64,000 nucleotides of DNA from an uncultured Gemmatimonadales bacterium (GCA_963809895.1 CAWELD010000003.1:3104001-3168000); one strand, 5' to 3'; shown: positions 51,782 through 62,834, counted from the stretch's first letter. Numbers and translations are program-made. The notes: generated by a model from the sequence alone, not told the origin.

Positions 51782-53668
51782 ATGACCCGTGAATATCCTC
51801 CTATCGAAGACCACGCGATCATCGGGGACTGTCGAACGGCGGCCCTGGTGGACCGGGAAGGCACCATCGACTGGTTGTGCCTGCCGCGCTTCGATTCCCC
51901 CTCCGTCTTCGGATCGCTCCTCGACCACCGCCACGGCGGCTGCTTTCAGATCCGTCCCGCCGGGGCCTTCTCTGCCCACCGCCGCTACGAGGACGGCACC
52001 GCGGTCCTGGAGACCACCTTCGCGCAAGAACGCGGCGAGGTGATCCTCACGGACTGCATGCCGGTGGGCCCGGAGCACGAGACACACGGTGCGCCCCGGC
52101 CGTATCACCATCTGCTCCGGCGGGTGGAATGCACCCGGGGCGAGATGGCGCTGGAGATCGACTACCGTCCCCGGCCTGGGTACGGCGAGCGACAGGTGCC
52201 CCTGGACGACCGGGACAAGCTGGGACTCTGGTGCCAGTGGGACGCCGGCTCGCTGGTGCTCCACGCCGACGTGCCGCTGCAGGTGGAGGAGGACGGGCGA
52301 ACCGCCAGCGAGACGATCCTCCTGCAAGAGGGAGACGTCCGCTACTTCTCGCTCACCTACCAGAAGGGCGAACCCGCCCTGATCCTGCCGCTCGGCGAGT
52401 GGGCCGAGGCCCGCCTGGAGACTACGCGCGACTGGTGGCGGGACTGGTCGGCGCACATGCGCTACGACGGGCCTTACCGCGACATGGTGCTACGCAGCGC
52501 GCTCACCCTGAAGCTCCTCACCTACGCCCCCTCGGGAGCGGTGGTGGCGGCGGTGACGACGTCGCTCCCGGAAGTGGTGGGCGGCGAGCGCAACTGGGAC
52601 TACCGCTATTGCTGGCTCCGGGATGCGTCGTGGACCGTGCGCGCCCTCCACGAGCTCGGGTTCTCGGAAGAGGCGGCGGCGTTCCACAACTGGGTTCTCT
52701 ACGCCACGCGTCTCACGGCCCCCAAGCTGCGCGCGCTCTACGACATCCACGGGCATTCCGATCTCGCGGAACGCAGTCTCGAGCATCTGGAGGGGTACGA
52801 GGGCTCCAGCCCGGTGCGCGTGGGCAACGGCGCACACTCGCAGCTTCAGCTCGACGTCTACGGCGAGGTGGTGGCGGCGGCCTACGAGCACGCGCTCCGG
52901 GGAGGGCGCCTGGACGAGGCCCACCTGCACTTCCTGGTCGGCGTCGGTGAGGAGATCTGCAGGATCTGGCGCGAGCCCGACGAAGGGATCTGGGAGATCC
53001 GGGGACCGAGGCGGCACCACGTCTACTCGAAGGTCATGTGCTGGACCGCACTGGACCGGCTGGTGCACATGCACGAGTTGGGCTGGATCGAGGACATGCC
53101 GGTGGAGGAGTTCCGGGAGAACATGCGGGCCATCCGGGACGAGATCGAGACCCGGGGCGCCTCCGGCGAGCCGGGCCACTACGTGGCGGTCTACGACGAC
53201 GACGACATGGTGGACTCGGCGCTGCTGCGCATGCCCGCCACCGGTTACGTGCAGGCCTCCGACGAGCGCTTCCGGCGAACCTTCGACCACATCGTGACCG
53301 CCCTGGACCGGGGACACGGGCTGTTCGCTCGCTACACCCTCGACTTCGACGACCTGCCGGGCAAGGAGGGGGCCTTCGACCTGTGCGCCTTCTGGGTCGT
53401 GGAGTGCGAGGCGCTGGCGGGCAATCTGGCAGCCGCCCGCCGCCGGTTCCAAGACATCCTGGAGCGAGCAAACGACGTGGGGCTCTTCGCCGAGGAGACC
53501 GATCCGAAGACCCTGCGCTTTCTGGGGAACTTCCCCCAGGGCTTCGCCCACATCGGGCTCATCAACGCGGCGCTGACCCTGGCGGCCTGCCAGCCCGGGA
53601 GCGGCACCGCGGAACCGTGGGGCCACGAGGAGGCTCCCACCGGCGACGAGGCCCGGAGGGGTGCATGA
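51782..53668 (+). CDS. Glycoside hydrolase family 15 (trehalase/glucoamylase-like)
   Basis: IGDCRTAALV, TTSLPE, NWDYRYCWLRD, QLDVYGE, GIWEIR, LGNFPQ. Confidence 0.95.
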   Translation: MTREYPPIEDHAIIGDCRTAALVDREGTIDWLCLPRFDSPSVFGSLLDHRHGGCFQIRPAGAFSAHRRYEDGTAVLETTFAQERGEVILTDCMPVGPEHETHGAPRPYHHLLRRVECTRGEMALEIDYRPRPGYGERQVPLDDRDKLGLWCQWDAGSLVLHADVPLQVEEDGRTASETILLQEGDVRYFSLTYQKGEPALILPLGEWAEARLETTRDWWRDWSAHMRYDGPYRDMVLRSALTLKLLTYAPSGAVVAAVTTSLPEVVGGERNWDYRYCWLRDASWTVRALHELGFSEEAAAFHNWVLYATRLTAPKLRALYDIHGHSDLAERSLEHLEGYEGSSPVRVGNGAHSQLQLDVYGEVVAAAYEHALRGGRLDEAHLHFLVGVGEEICRIWREPDEGIWEIRGPRRHHVYSKVMCWTALDRLVHMHELGWIEDMPVEEFRENMRAIRDEIETRGASGEPGHYVAVYDDDDMVDSALLRMPATGYVQASDERFRRTFDHIVTALDRGHGLFARYTLDFDDLPGKEGAFDLCAFWVVECEALAGNLAAARRRFQDILERANDVGLFAEETDPKTLRFLGNFPQGFAHIGLINAALTLAACQPGSGTAEPWGHEEAPTGDEARRGA

Positions 53669-54146
53669 ACGTCGTCAGCTATCTGGTCTGGGGCAGCGTC
53701 GCCTCGCTGGTCATGGTGGGAGGCATGCGCACCGCGCAGGGTATCGGACTCTCACGCATGAGCCTGACCTTCATCCTGGGAACCGCATGGAGCGCCGACC
53801 GCTCCCGGGCGGCTGTGGCGGGCCTCGTCATCCACGTGCTCAGCGGCCTCGCCTTCGGACTCGTCTACGTGTCTCGCCTTCGAGTCGATCGGGAAGAGCC
53901 AATTGGTGGATCGGCGCGCTGGGCGGGGTGGGTCACGCCTTCCTGGTGCTCACCGTCCTGATCCCGGTACTGCCTTACGTGCACCCCCGCATGGCCTATC
54001 CACAGCAGGGGCCCACGCCCACCCGCTGGCTCCAGCCACCGGGCCTGCTGGCCCTCAACTACGGGCGGCGCACTCCTTTCGTCATCCTCGTCACCCACGC
54101 GATGTACGGAGCGATCCTCGGAGGATTCTATGAGCTCGCTCACTGA
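53665..54146 (+). CDS. Small membrane protein; one indel
   Basis: Hydrophobic segments; HPRMA..PPGLLALNYGRRTP; coupled to both neighbours. Confidence 0.7.
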
Positions 54147-55627
54147 CGGCGGCCTGCTGGTCGCCTCCAACCGTCTTCCTCTCACGCTGGAACGGCAACC
54201 CGACGGCACCTGGGTTCGAGAACCGGGAAGCGGGGGATTGGTTACCGCCCTGGGGCCCGTACTCGCCAAGGAGGGCGGCGTGTGGGTGGGGTGGCCCGGT
54301 GTCCTCGCGGAGGAGGTCGACGATGTCGAGGCACTGGTGCGGGACATCTGCGCCGACGAACCGTACCGAGTAGAGCCGGTGGCGCTCACGGAAGAGGAGC
54401 GGTCGGACTTCTACCTGGGATTCTCCAACGAGATTCTGTGGCCGCTGTGCCACGGCTTCCCGGGCCGCTGCCGCTTCGAGCCGCGCTACTGGCGCGTGTA
54501 TCGCCGGGTCAACCAGAAGTTCGCCGAAGCCATCCTCTCCGCGAGCTCGAACAGCCGCCTCGTCTGGGTCCACGACTACCACCTCATGGCCGTGGCCGAG
54601 TACCTGCGCGCCGAGGGCTTCGACAAGCGCTGCGGCTACTTCCATCACATCCCCTTTCCGCCTCGGGACATCTTCGGACACCTGCCCTGGGCCGACGAGG
54701 TGCTGCGCTCCCTGCTGGATTACGACTTGTTGGGATTCCAGACCAATCGCGACCGGCAGAACTTCTTCGACTGCCTGGAGCTTCTGGGCGACGACGTCAC
54801 GGCGCCGGACGAGGAGTCCGTGATCGGTCCTTCCGGGCGCCGCACCCGAGTCGGCGTGTTCCCCATCTCGGTGGACTGGCAGGTCTTCCACGGCGGGGCC
54901 CTCCAGGAGACGGTGGCGCATCGGGCGAGGCGGTTCCGCGAGGAGTTCGGCGGCAATCGCATCCTCATCGGCGTGGACCGCCTCGACTACACCAAGGGGA
55001 TTCCGGAGCGGCTGGCCGGCATGGAGCGGGCGCTGGAGCGCTTCCCCGACCTCCGGGAGCGCATCACCCTCGTGCAGCTCGTGGTGCCCGAGCCGGGAGA
55101 GCATTCCCGAGTACGAGCGCATGAAGTCCGAGATCGAGGAGACGGTGGGCCGCATCAACGGCCGCTTCACCCGAGGCGCCTGGGTGCCCATCGTCTACCG
55201 CTTCGACTCGCTGGAGCGACGTGACCTGCTGGCGCTCTACCGTGCCGCGGACGTGGCGCTCGTGACGCCGCTGAACGACGGCATGAACCTGGTCGCCAAG
55301 GAGTTCGTCGCCGCCAGCGTCGACGGGCGGGGCGTGCTGGTCCTCAGCACCTTCGCCGGCGCCGCCGAGGAGCTGTCCACCGGCGCCATCGAGGTGAATC
55401 CCAACGACATCGAGGCCGTCGCTGAGGCCATCCACCAGGCCGCGACCATGCCCGCCGATGAGCAGCGGGCGCGGCTTCAGCGCATGCAGGACCGGGTGCG
55501 CGAGTACGACGTGCACGCCTGGGTGCGGGCGTACCTGGCGCCGCCGAGACGGCGAGGCCCGAGCCGCCGAGCCCGACCCGGTGGCACCTCACCCGCCGTG
55601 TCGTCGTCAGGCGCGGAGTACGGGTAG
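54130..55627 (+). CDS. otsA: Trehalose-6-phosphate synthase; indel near 55100; end approximate
   Basis: SNRLP, GGLVTAL, WVHDYHL, FHHIPFP, GVDRLDYTKGI, DGMNLVAKEF. Confidence 0.93.
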
Positions 55628-57978
55628 AATTCGGTCCACTTCAGCTTGAACTCGACGTCCTCGTTCGTGGCGCTGCGGTCGCCGCTGTCGATGACGAAGG
55701 TGTCGTCGTCGAGATCGGCGTCGAAGCATCCCAGCAGGCCCTTCATGCGGTCGGCCAGATCCGGGAAGATCAGCGCCGGGAAGCCCGTGGACTCCTGGGT
55801 GCCCTGCGACGTCGTGACGCGGATTCCGACCTGCCCCCAGACCGCGAGGCAGATCTCGGCCTTCCCGGCGTCGGGGTCCAGGCGCACGCTTCCCCCCATG
55901 GCCGAGCTGGTCAGCGGAAAGATCCCCTGGTCCACCTCCGCTTTGGGGATCATCTGCATGTCGTAGGAGCCGTACCAGGTCTCGGTGGCTCCGCTGGGCG
56001 CGGTGTAGGTGCCCGATCCCACGCTGGTGCCGGTGGAGGCCGGGTTCACGTACACGGGCACCTCGCGGAAACGCGGGTCGTCGGTGATGTCGTCGCGGAA
56101 CGCATGCACGTCGGCGCGGAAGCGGATCTCCATGGTGGCGGTCGCCTTCAGGCTGCCCAGGGCTTCGGTGGTGACCGTGACCGTGCCCCGCCATTCGGTG
56201 AGCGGCGTCTCGTTGCTTTTCACCGCGCCCGGCTTCTTGACCACCACCGCCCCCGCCGACCCTGTGCCCTCGAAGGGGACGCGCGCCTCGATGGTCTCGT
56301 TGGACCAGCTGTCGATGGACACCGACGAGCCCTCGACCTCGACGGTACCCTGCTCATCACCGAAGAGCCCCTGGAGGGTGAGTTTGCCCGTGCCTTCGGC
56401 CACGTCGTCCACCACGTCCATGTAGCGGATGCTGGGGGCCAGCGTCGCGCGATCTCCCACGTCGTCGAAGACCACGTTGACCTCGTTGCCCCCGAAGCCG
56501 ATGCCCAGCACGCTCATGCTGGGCCGCGTGAACTGGAGCAGCCCCTCTTCCTGCATGGCCTGGTGGACCTTCTGGATGTCGAAGGGCCGGAGCGGCGGAT
56601 CCTCCTTCTCGTACTGGTTCGCACCCAGGATGCGGTCGAAGAAGTAGAGCACGCTGGGCTCGGCGTAGGACCACCAGGTGAGGTTGTCGAAGGCCACCAC
56701 GATCCTGGCGCCGGCACCGAGCATGGTGAGCCGCAGAATGCTGGGGTCCACGATGTCCCCTCCGTTTTTGGAGGCGGGCATGGGACCCGCGCCGCCATAA
56801 CAGGCGTGCAGGAGCACGACGCCCTGATCGAAGGTCCAGTATTTGGCGATGAAGTTCTCCGTGATGGCGAACTTGGTCTGGACCTGGCCGTTCTGGTCCT
56901 GCGCGGTGGAGATCACCAACGAGCCGTCGAGGAGCTCGTCCCTGTAGGCGCTCAGGTCGGAGCCGGCGGTGGTGGAGCTCATGAGGCCGAAGGCATCGCT
57001 CTCGTCCAACGAGCCGTCCTCCTTGCGGCTGAGGCGCTTGTAGGCCACCCCGTGGGTGTCCAGGTGCAGCACGCCCAGATTCTTGTAGTTGCGGTAGTCG
57101 TCCAACGACGTGCCCAGGGAGAGGATGTCGTAGCCGGCGTTGGCCAGCATCTGCCGCACCTTGGACGCCATCTCGGCCCCGCCGTCGAACGCGGTGACCA
57201 CGGCGCGCTTGGAGCCGGGAGGTCCGTCCACCCGGGCCGGCGCCGCGGCGACCGGCGGAGCGACGGGTGCTGCCGTGAGGGTTTCGCTCTCTCCGGGGCC
57301 CGGCGCAGCGCTCGGCGACGCGCCGAAGCTCTCCGAGCCCTCGGGCCGACTGTTGATGAAGAGGTGCATGACCCCGCTGTCCATGAGCGTCTCCACCGAG
57401 AGCTCGGACTCCAGCACGATGACGGTGTCCACCCCGGGCAGCGCACGGATGCCGTCGGCTACGGCCAGCACCTCGTCCAGGAGATTGCGCTGCTCCAGGG
57501 GCGTGCCGGCGGGCGGAAGCACGTCGCCGATGACCTCCTCCACGGAGGCCACGGTCTCGGCCGTCCCCGACAGGGGCGCCGACTGCACCTCCAGGGCCGC
57601 GGTTCCCGACACGCCCTGCACGGTCGCGGTCACGGTGGCCTCGCCGGCGGTGAGGCCCGTCACCAGACCGCTCGTGGAGACCGACGCCACCGACGTCGGC
57701 GCTACGGACCACGTGACCGTGCCCGAGACCGTGCCTCCTGATGCATCGCGGGCCGTGGCGTTCAATTGGACCTGCTCCCCCACCTCGACGCTGGCCGAGC
57801 TCGGTGACACGGTGACCGAAGCCACGCCGCCCCCACCACCTCCGCCGCCCCCACCGCCCCCGCCATCACCACCGCCGTCGGGACCCGTGCCCGAGTCGCC
57901 TCCACAGGTGGCGAGGCCGGCAGCGAGGAGCGAGAAGAAGCACAGCTTGATGGCGCGGCGGACGGATGAATGCGGCAT
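55477..57978 (-). CDS. Lipoprotein with Big_2 and IPT/TIG-like domains; true stop probably near 55590
   Basis: LATC lipobox, Gly linker, VASVTVSP..QLNATARD..VASVSTSGLVTG, FGDEQGTV..IDSWSNETI. Confidence 0.8.
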   Translation of the reverse strand: MPHSSVRRAIKLCFFSLLAAGLATCGGDSGTGPDGGGDGGGGGGGGGGGGGVASVTVSPSSASVEVGEQVQLNATARDASGGTVSGTVTWSVAPTSVASVSTSGLVTGLTAGEATVTATVQGVSGTAALEVQSAPLSGTAETVASVEEVIGDVLPPAGTPLEQRNLLDEVLAVADGIRALPGVDTVIVLESELSVETLMDSGVMHLFINSRPEGSESFGASPSAAPGPGESETLTAAPVAPPVAAAPARVDGPPGSKRAVVTAFDGGAEMASKVRQMLANAGYDILSLGTSLDDYRNYKNLGVLHLDTHGVAYKRLSRKEDGSLDESDAFGLMSSTTAGSDLSAYRDELLDGSLVISTAQDQNGQVQTKFAITENFIAKYWTFDQGVVLLHACYGGAGPMPASKNGGDIVDPSILRLTMLGAGARIVVAFDNLTWWSYAEPSVLYFFDRILGANQYEKEDPPLRPFDIQKVHQAMQEEGLLQFTRPSMSVLGIGFGGNEVNVVFDDVGDRATLAPSIRYMDVVDDVAEGTGKLTLQGLFGDEQGTVEVEGSSVSIDSWSNETIEARVPFEGTGSAGAVVVKKPGAVKSNETPLTEWRGTVTVTTEALGSLKATATMEIRFRADVHAFRDDITDDPRFREVPVYVNPASTGTSVGSGTYTAPSGATETWYGSYDMQMIPKAEVDQGIFPLTSSAMGGSVRLDPDAGKAEICLAVWGQVGIRVTTSQGTQESTGFPALIFPDLADRMKGLLGCFDADLDDDTFVIDSGDRSATNEDVEFKLKWTEFYPYSAPDDDTAGEVPPGRARRLGPRRLGGARYARTQACTSYSRTRSCMR

Positions 57979-58086
57979 GGATGGCGTGGCTGGGGGCTGG
58001 ATGCGTCTGGTGGGGGGCGACAGCGGTCCTACGATCCTCGAACGGGAAAGGGCGCGCCACCCCGACACGCCCCCGCCGCGGTGTGG

Positions 58087-60081
58087 CTACCCGCCCTCCT
58101 CCACCAGCTCGGCGAGCCGCTCCAGGAACGCCCGCACCTCGCCGGGATCCCGCAGCGAGTACCGAGCAGCCGTGGGCCGCGGATCTCGAAGCACGACGAT
58201 GCCCACGCCCGAGTCGCCGAGGGCGAGAAACGCGTCCTCGTCGGTGACGTCGTCGCCGATGTAGAGGGGGATCCGGGGCCGATCTCCGGGCTCGACGGCA
58301 TCCAGGAGCCAGCGCACCGCCCGGCCCTTGTCCCAGTCCACCGTCGGCCGCACCTCGAAGACCTTCTTGCCCTCGGTCATGCGGAGCTCGTCGCTCCCGG
58401 CCGCGGCCGCTCTCACAGCCGCCTCCACCTCGGGCACCCGCGCCGGGTCGACCTGGCGGTAGTGGACCGCCACCGCCCAACCCTTGTCCTCCACGCGCAC
58501 CCCGGAAATCGCCGCGGTCGCGGTGCGCAGCGTCTCGGCCGTGCGGGCGATGAGCGGCTCGATCCGGCCTCCCCCCACCTGCAGCGAGGGTCCGTCGCCC
58601 GGCGCGAGGCCATCGATGTCGAACCCGTGGCTGCCGGCGTAGACCACGCCCTCCACTCCGACCCGGGCCGCCACGTCCGACCGCTCCCTGCCGCTGACGA
58701 CGGCGGTGGGCACCCGGGCGGCGAGCCGACGGAGAACGTTCAGCATGGCGGCGCCGGGGCGGGCCTCGTCCGGGTCCTCCACGATGGGCGCGAGGGTGCC
58801 GTCGAAGTCCAGAAAGACCATGGGGGCACCCCGGGCGAATCGGCTCGCCAGCTCCGGCCAGCGCTCCAGGGCGTTGGCAAGGACGGGCGAGGCGTGGGGG
58901 GCCGCTCCGTCCGCGTCCGACGCGCCCACCCGGTAGCTGCGGCCCTTCCACTCCACGCGCGACCCGCGCATCCAGGCGCGGGCCACGATGACCGCCAGCA
59001 CCAGGTGACCCAGCGGGTAGAGCGTCCCGTAGAGGGGCGAGGCCCCGAAGCGCCAGGTGATCCCGGCCCAGAACGCCATGCTCACGCCGGTGGCGGTGGC
59101 GGCCCAGGGCAGGAGCCCCGCCGGCCCCCAGCCGGCCAGAGCCGCCGCCAGCAGCACGGGCGGCGCCACCCAGAACGCCAATCCCCCGAAGAGCATGGCA
59201 ACGGGCGTCACGGCGCGCAGGAGACCCGGCGGCAGCGTGTCGAGCCCACCGAGGAGGAGGTTCTTGGACCAACCGGCCACCAGCTCACCCAGCGACCGAT
59301 ACATGCGGGTGCCCAGATCGTCCTCGGCCCTCCGCAGGCTGAGGCACATGCCCGCGCCCACGACGCGCTGCGCCAGCTTGAGATCCTCGGCCACCGCTCC
59401 GCGCACCGCCTCGTGTCCGCCCACCGCCTCGTAGGCCTCGCGCCGGAAGAGCAGGAACTGGCCGTTGGCGATGGCGCCCCGCCAGCGCTCCCGTGGCAGC
59501 GGTCGCCGACGATCCGGGTAGCGGAGCAGCATGCTCACGAAGACCTGAGGCTGGACCAACCGCTCCCAGAACGACCCCAGGATCTGACGGCCCACCACGG
59601 TCAGGAGGTCGGCCTCGTCGTCGGCCATACCCGCCACGGCGCGGGTCAGAAGGTCGGGCCCGTGTACCGTGTCGGCGTCGGTGAAGAGCAGGAGGTCTCC
59701 CTCGGCCTCCGACGCTCCCTGATGGCACGCCCAGGGTTTTCCCAGCCAGCCTTCGGGCAGCTCCCGGCCGTCGAGCACCGCCAGGCGGCGGGCGTTGCCC
59801 GGGGGCAGCCCGCGAGCGAGATCCGCCGTGTCGTCCTCGCTGCGGTCGTCCACCACCAGGATCTCGAAATCCGGATAGCGGGCGCGCGTGAGCGATTCGA
59901 GCACCCGCACGATGTTGTGGGATTCGTTGCGGGCGGGAACCACCACCGAGACCAGCGGAAGCGCACCGTCCTCCGCGGCCTCACCACGAGCCGGCGGCAG
60001 CGGCCAAGGCAGCCGGACCAGGAGCACGAAGGCCACCCCGAACAGGAGCCAGGGCAGCGCCAGCAGCAGCGGGGTGGTCAT
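58087..60081 (-). CDS. otsB: GT2 glycosyltransferase read in frame into trehalose-6-phosphate phosphatase
   Basis: VVPARNE, GWLGKPWAC, FTDADT, WKGRSY; then FLDFDGTL, VSGR, AGSHG, WDKG, IGDDVTDEDAF. Confidence 0.85.
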   Translation of the reverse strand: MTTPLLLALPWLLFGVAFVLLVRLPWPLPPARGEAAEDGALPLVSVVVPARNESHNIVRVLESLTRARYPDFEILVVDDRSEDDTADLARGLPPGNARRLAVLDGRELPEGWLGKPWACHQGASEAEGDLLLFTDADTVHGPDLLTRAVAGMADDEADLLTVVGRQILGSFWERLVQPQVFVSMLLRYPDRRRPLPRERWRGAIANGQFLLFRREAYEAVGGHEAVRGAVAEDLKLAQRVVGAGMCLSLRRAEDDLGTRMYRSLGELVAGWSKNLLLGGLDTLPPGLLRAVTPVAMLFGGLAFWVAPPVLLAAALAGWGPAGLLPWAATATGVSMAFWAGITWRFGASPLYGTLYPLGHLVLAVIVARAWMRGSRVEWKGRSYRVGASDADGAAPHASPVLANALERWPELASRFARGAPMVFLDFDGTLAPIVEDPDEARPGAAMLNVLRRLAARVPTAVVSGRERSDVAARVGVEGVVYAGSHGFDIDGLAPGDGPSLQVGGGRIEPLIARTAETLRTATAAISGVRVEDKGWAVAVHYRQVDPARVPEVEAAVRAAAAGSDELRMTEGKKVFEVRPTVDWDKGRAVRWLLDAVEPGDRPRIPLYIGDDVTDEDAFLALGDSGVGIVVLRDPRPTAARYSLRDPGEVRAFLERLAELVEEGG

Positions 60082-60164
60082 GGCCGCCCGTACCCGTCAG
60101 GACAGGCCGGGTGCCGGCGGCGGACGTCCCCCGACACCCCTTCGACCGCGCCCCCGGTCGCCCC

Positions 60165-61448
60165 TCAGTCGCCGCCGGCCGGCAACCGCTCCACCACCAC
60201 CGTGGGCACGTCCAGCTCGTCGGTCTCGATGCGGGCCGTGAGCCCGTCCGGCCCGAAGGCGTCGGGAATGCGGAGGCCGTCGGGAGGCAGCGTGCCCAGG
60301 TAGCGGCCGTCGGCCGTGACGAGGTCCGTGGGACCGTCCTCGCCCGGCACCCCCGAGCTCCGCTGGACCCAGATCCGCCCCTGGCTGTCGGCCGCGATCG
60401 CTTCGATGACCGGAATCGCCGGGGCGAAGACCATGCTCTCGAGCCGGCCACGCATGAACTCCTTCGCCATCTCCGGATCCACCTCGCCCCCTCCACCGTC
60501 GCTGGTGCTGATCATGAAGCGGGGGCCGTCGCCGGCCTCCACCTCGGCGAGGCGCCGCTCACGCTCCTGGTCCTGGATGGCGTCGGTGACGGGCGTGGGC
60601 TGCACGGGCCGCTCCAGCGTCTCCACCTCGGCTCCGCTTCCGTCCAGGAGCTTGATGCGATAGCCGAACGAATCGGCCACGGCGACGCGCCCGTCGCCCA
60701 GCGCCGCCAGCGCCAGCGGGGGCTCGAAGGCGCGATCCCGGGGGATACGAACCGTGATGCTCCCGCCCAGCGATCCCGGCGCGTCGTCGGTGGGCGGCAG
60801 GTTGAAGGCCCGGTAGAAGGTGGCGGCCGGTGTCTCGCCGTCCAGCGAAACCCGGACCAGCGGACGGGCCGGGGGCAGGGTGTCGGCGCCCTCGTCCTGG
60901 CCCGGTATGACGATGCGCCCCGTGATCGGCGCCAGCAGACTGCCGTCGGGCATGGGCAGGAGGGGCCGCCCGGGCACGCCCAGTTCCTGAAAGCTCAGGC
61001 GCACGTTGCGCAGGTACGCGCCCGTGGTGTCGTAGACCACGAAGCCCTGATGGCCCACGTCGAGGACCGCCACCTCGCCCCCGGTGGTGAGCGCGAAGGA
61101 GACGGGCGACGCCAGCTCTCCGGGCCCCTGGCCCGGCGTGCCGATGGTGCGCAGGAAGCTCCCGTCCGGCGCCACCACGGTGATGACGCTGGTCTGCGCG
61201 TCCAGGATGTAGAGGTTGCCCCGGGGGTCGAAAGCCACCCCCGAGATGCGGCCGAACCCGGCCCACTCCGGCGCCTCCATCCCCCCGATGCGGTAGACCG
61301 GCGTCGGCGCGAGCGTGAGCGGGTGATCCGGCGTGTCCATGCCCGAGGCAGGACCCGACGCGACGGACTCATTTCCGGCGCAGGCCACGGTCAGGGCGAG
61401 GACGACGAGGGTGGCGCCCAGGGCGAGGCGTCGACGAGATGGGGCCAT
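60165..61448 (-). CDS. 6-bladed beta-propeller (NHL-like) lipoprotein
   Basis: TVAC lipobox; FGRISGV, GTPGQGPGEL, DGRYLG, ETDELDVP. Confidence 0.82.
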   Translation of the reverse strand: MAPSRRRLALGATLVVLALTVACAGNESVASGPASGMDTPDHPLTLAPTPVYRIGGMEAPEWAGFGRISGVAFDPRGNLYILDAQTSVITVVAPDGSFLRTIGTPGQGPGELASPVSFALTTGGEVAVLDVGHQGFVVYDTTGAYLRNVRLSFQELGVPGRPLLPMPDGSLLAPITGRIVIPGQDEGADTLPPARPLVRVSLDGETPAATFYRAFNLPPTDDAPGSLGGSITVRIPRDRAFEPPLALAALGDGRVAVADSFGYRIKLLDGSGAEVETLERPVQPTPVTDAIQDQERERRLAEVEAGDGPRFMISTSDGGGGEVDPEMAKEFMRGRLESMVFAPAIPVIEAIAADSQGRIWVQRSSGVPGEDGPTDLVTADGRYLGTLPPDGLRIPDAFGPDGLTARIETDELDVPTVVVERLPAGGD

Positions 61449-61605
61449 GGTGTATGCGCCTGGCTGGGGGGAGCGTCTGCCGATGGGAACGCGGTGGCTT
61501 CGAGAGGGTTTGGTGAGCCACGGAGCCCCGGGGTTGCCCGAGCCACCCTCCGGGTCCCGGTTCACCGGTGTCGATTCTCACCCCACATCCGCGGGAACGC
61601 CAGCC

Positions 61606-62757
61606 ATGGCCGCAAGCGCCGGTCCGCTCCTGGACGTCGACGCCCTCCGGGCCCACTACCCCATCCTGGGGCGCTCCGTCTACCTGAATTCGTGCTCGCT
61701 GGGCGCCCTCTCGGACCGGGCGGAGCAGTATCTGGACGACTTCCGCGAGCGCTGGCACGCCATGGGCGCCTCGGCCTGGTACGAGGACTGGCTCGCGCGG
61801 CTGGACCTGCTGCGAGGTCGGGTGGCCGCGCTGCACGGGGCGGGCACCGACGAGGTGGCGCTCCTGCCCTCGACCTCGGCGGCGCTCTCGGTGCTGGCCG
61901 AGTCCGTCGAGCCCGGCGGGCGCAACCGGGTCGTCTGTACCGAGCTGGACTTCCCCACCCTGGCCTACCAGTGGGCGGTGAAGCCCGAGATGGAGCTGGT
62001 GGTGCTCCGGAGCGCCGACGGGATCGGCATCGACCCCGAGCAGTTCGAGGCGGCGGTGGACGAGCGCACCCTCTTCGTGGCCACCTCGCACGTCTTCTTC
62101 TCCACCGGCTACGTGCAGGACATCGGTCGGTTGGCCGCCATCGCCCACCGCGCCGGTGCCTACTGCGTCATCGACGGCTACCAGGCCGCCGGACAGATCC
62201 CGGTGGACGTGGCCACGGCCGGCGTCGACGCCTACACCTCGGGACCCCTCAAGTGGCTGTGCGGCGGGCCTGGCCTGGCGTACCTGTACGTGCGGGGCGA
62301 TCGCATCCCCGAGCTTCAGCCCCGCATCACGAGCTGGTTCGCCACCCAGGGCCAGTTCGGCTTCGAGCTGGAGGGATTCCGCTTCCGCGACGACGCCCGC
62401 CGCTTCGAGCTGGGCACCCCGGCGCTCCCCACGGTCCACACGGCGCTGGGCGGTCAGGAGCTGCTGGAGGAGGTGGGATGGGATGCGGTATTCGCCCGCA
62501 ACCGTGCGTTGACCCGATGCCTGGTAGAGCGCGCGCGGGGGGCCGGCTTCGAGCTGCGTACCGCCGACGACGAAGCGCGGCGCTCGGCCATCGTCATGGT
62601 GGCCCACGACGATCCCGCGGGTGCGGTGACGCACCTGGCGAGCCAGGGCATCATCGTCGATCACCGGCCCGGACACGTGCGCATCAGCCCCCACGTCTAC
62701 AACACCGAAGACGAGATCGACCAGGCCGTCGAGGTGCTGGCGGCCTTCGGGCGCTGA
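61606..62757 (+). CDS. Class V PLP aminotransferase (kynureninase/cysteine desulfurase-like)
   Basis: YLNSCSLG, DGYQAAG, LKWLCGGPG, RFELGTP, RISPHVYN. Confidence 0.92.
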   Translation: MAASAGPLLDVDALRAHYPILGRSVYLNSCSLGALSDRAEQYLDDFRERWHAMGASAWYEDWLARLDLLRGRVAALHGAGTDEVALLPSTSAALSVLAESVEPGGRNRVVCTELDFPTLAYQWAVKPEMELVVLRSADGIGIDPEQFEAAVDERTLFVATSHVFFSTGYVQDIGRLAAIAHRAGAYCVIDGYQAAGQIPVDVATAGVDAYTSGPLKWLCGGPGLAYLYVRGDRIPELQPRITSWFATQGQFGFELEGFRFRDDARRFELGTPALPTVHTALGGQELLEEVGWDAVFARNRALTRCLVERARGAGFELRTADDEARRSAIVMVAHDDPAGAVTHLASQGIIVDHRPGHVRISPHVYNTEDEIDQAVEVLAAFGR

Positions 62758-62834
62758 CGGCCGCCTGGACGAAGGAGCTTCTCCCGCCGGCCCCACCCGG
62801 TGTAGCGTTCAGGAAACCATCCCCGTCTCGCCTC

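Noticed and set aside
57828..57876. Poly-Gly-encoding CCN run
   Set aside because: Ordinary low-complexity lipoprotein linker
60111..62834. 1128-aa + ORF 60111-63497
   Set aside because: Shadow/off-frame of two real genes; only 62835-63497 looks genuine
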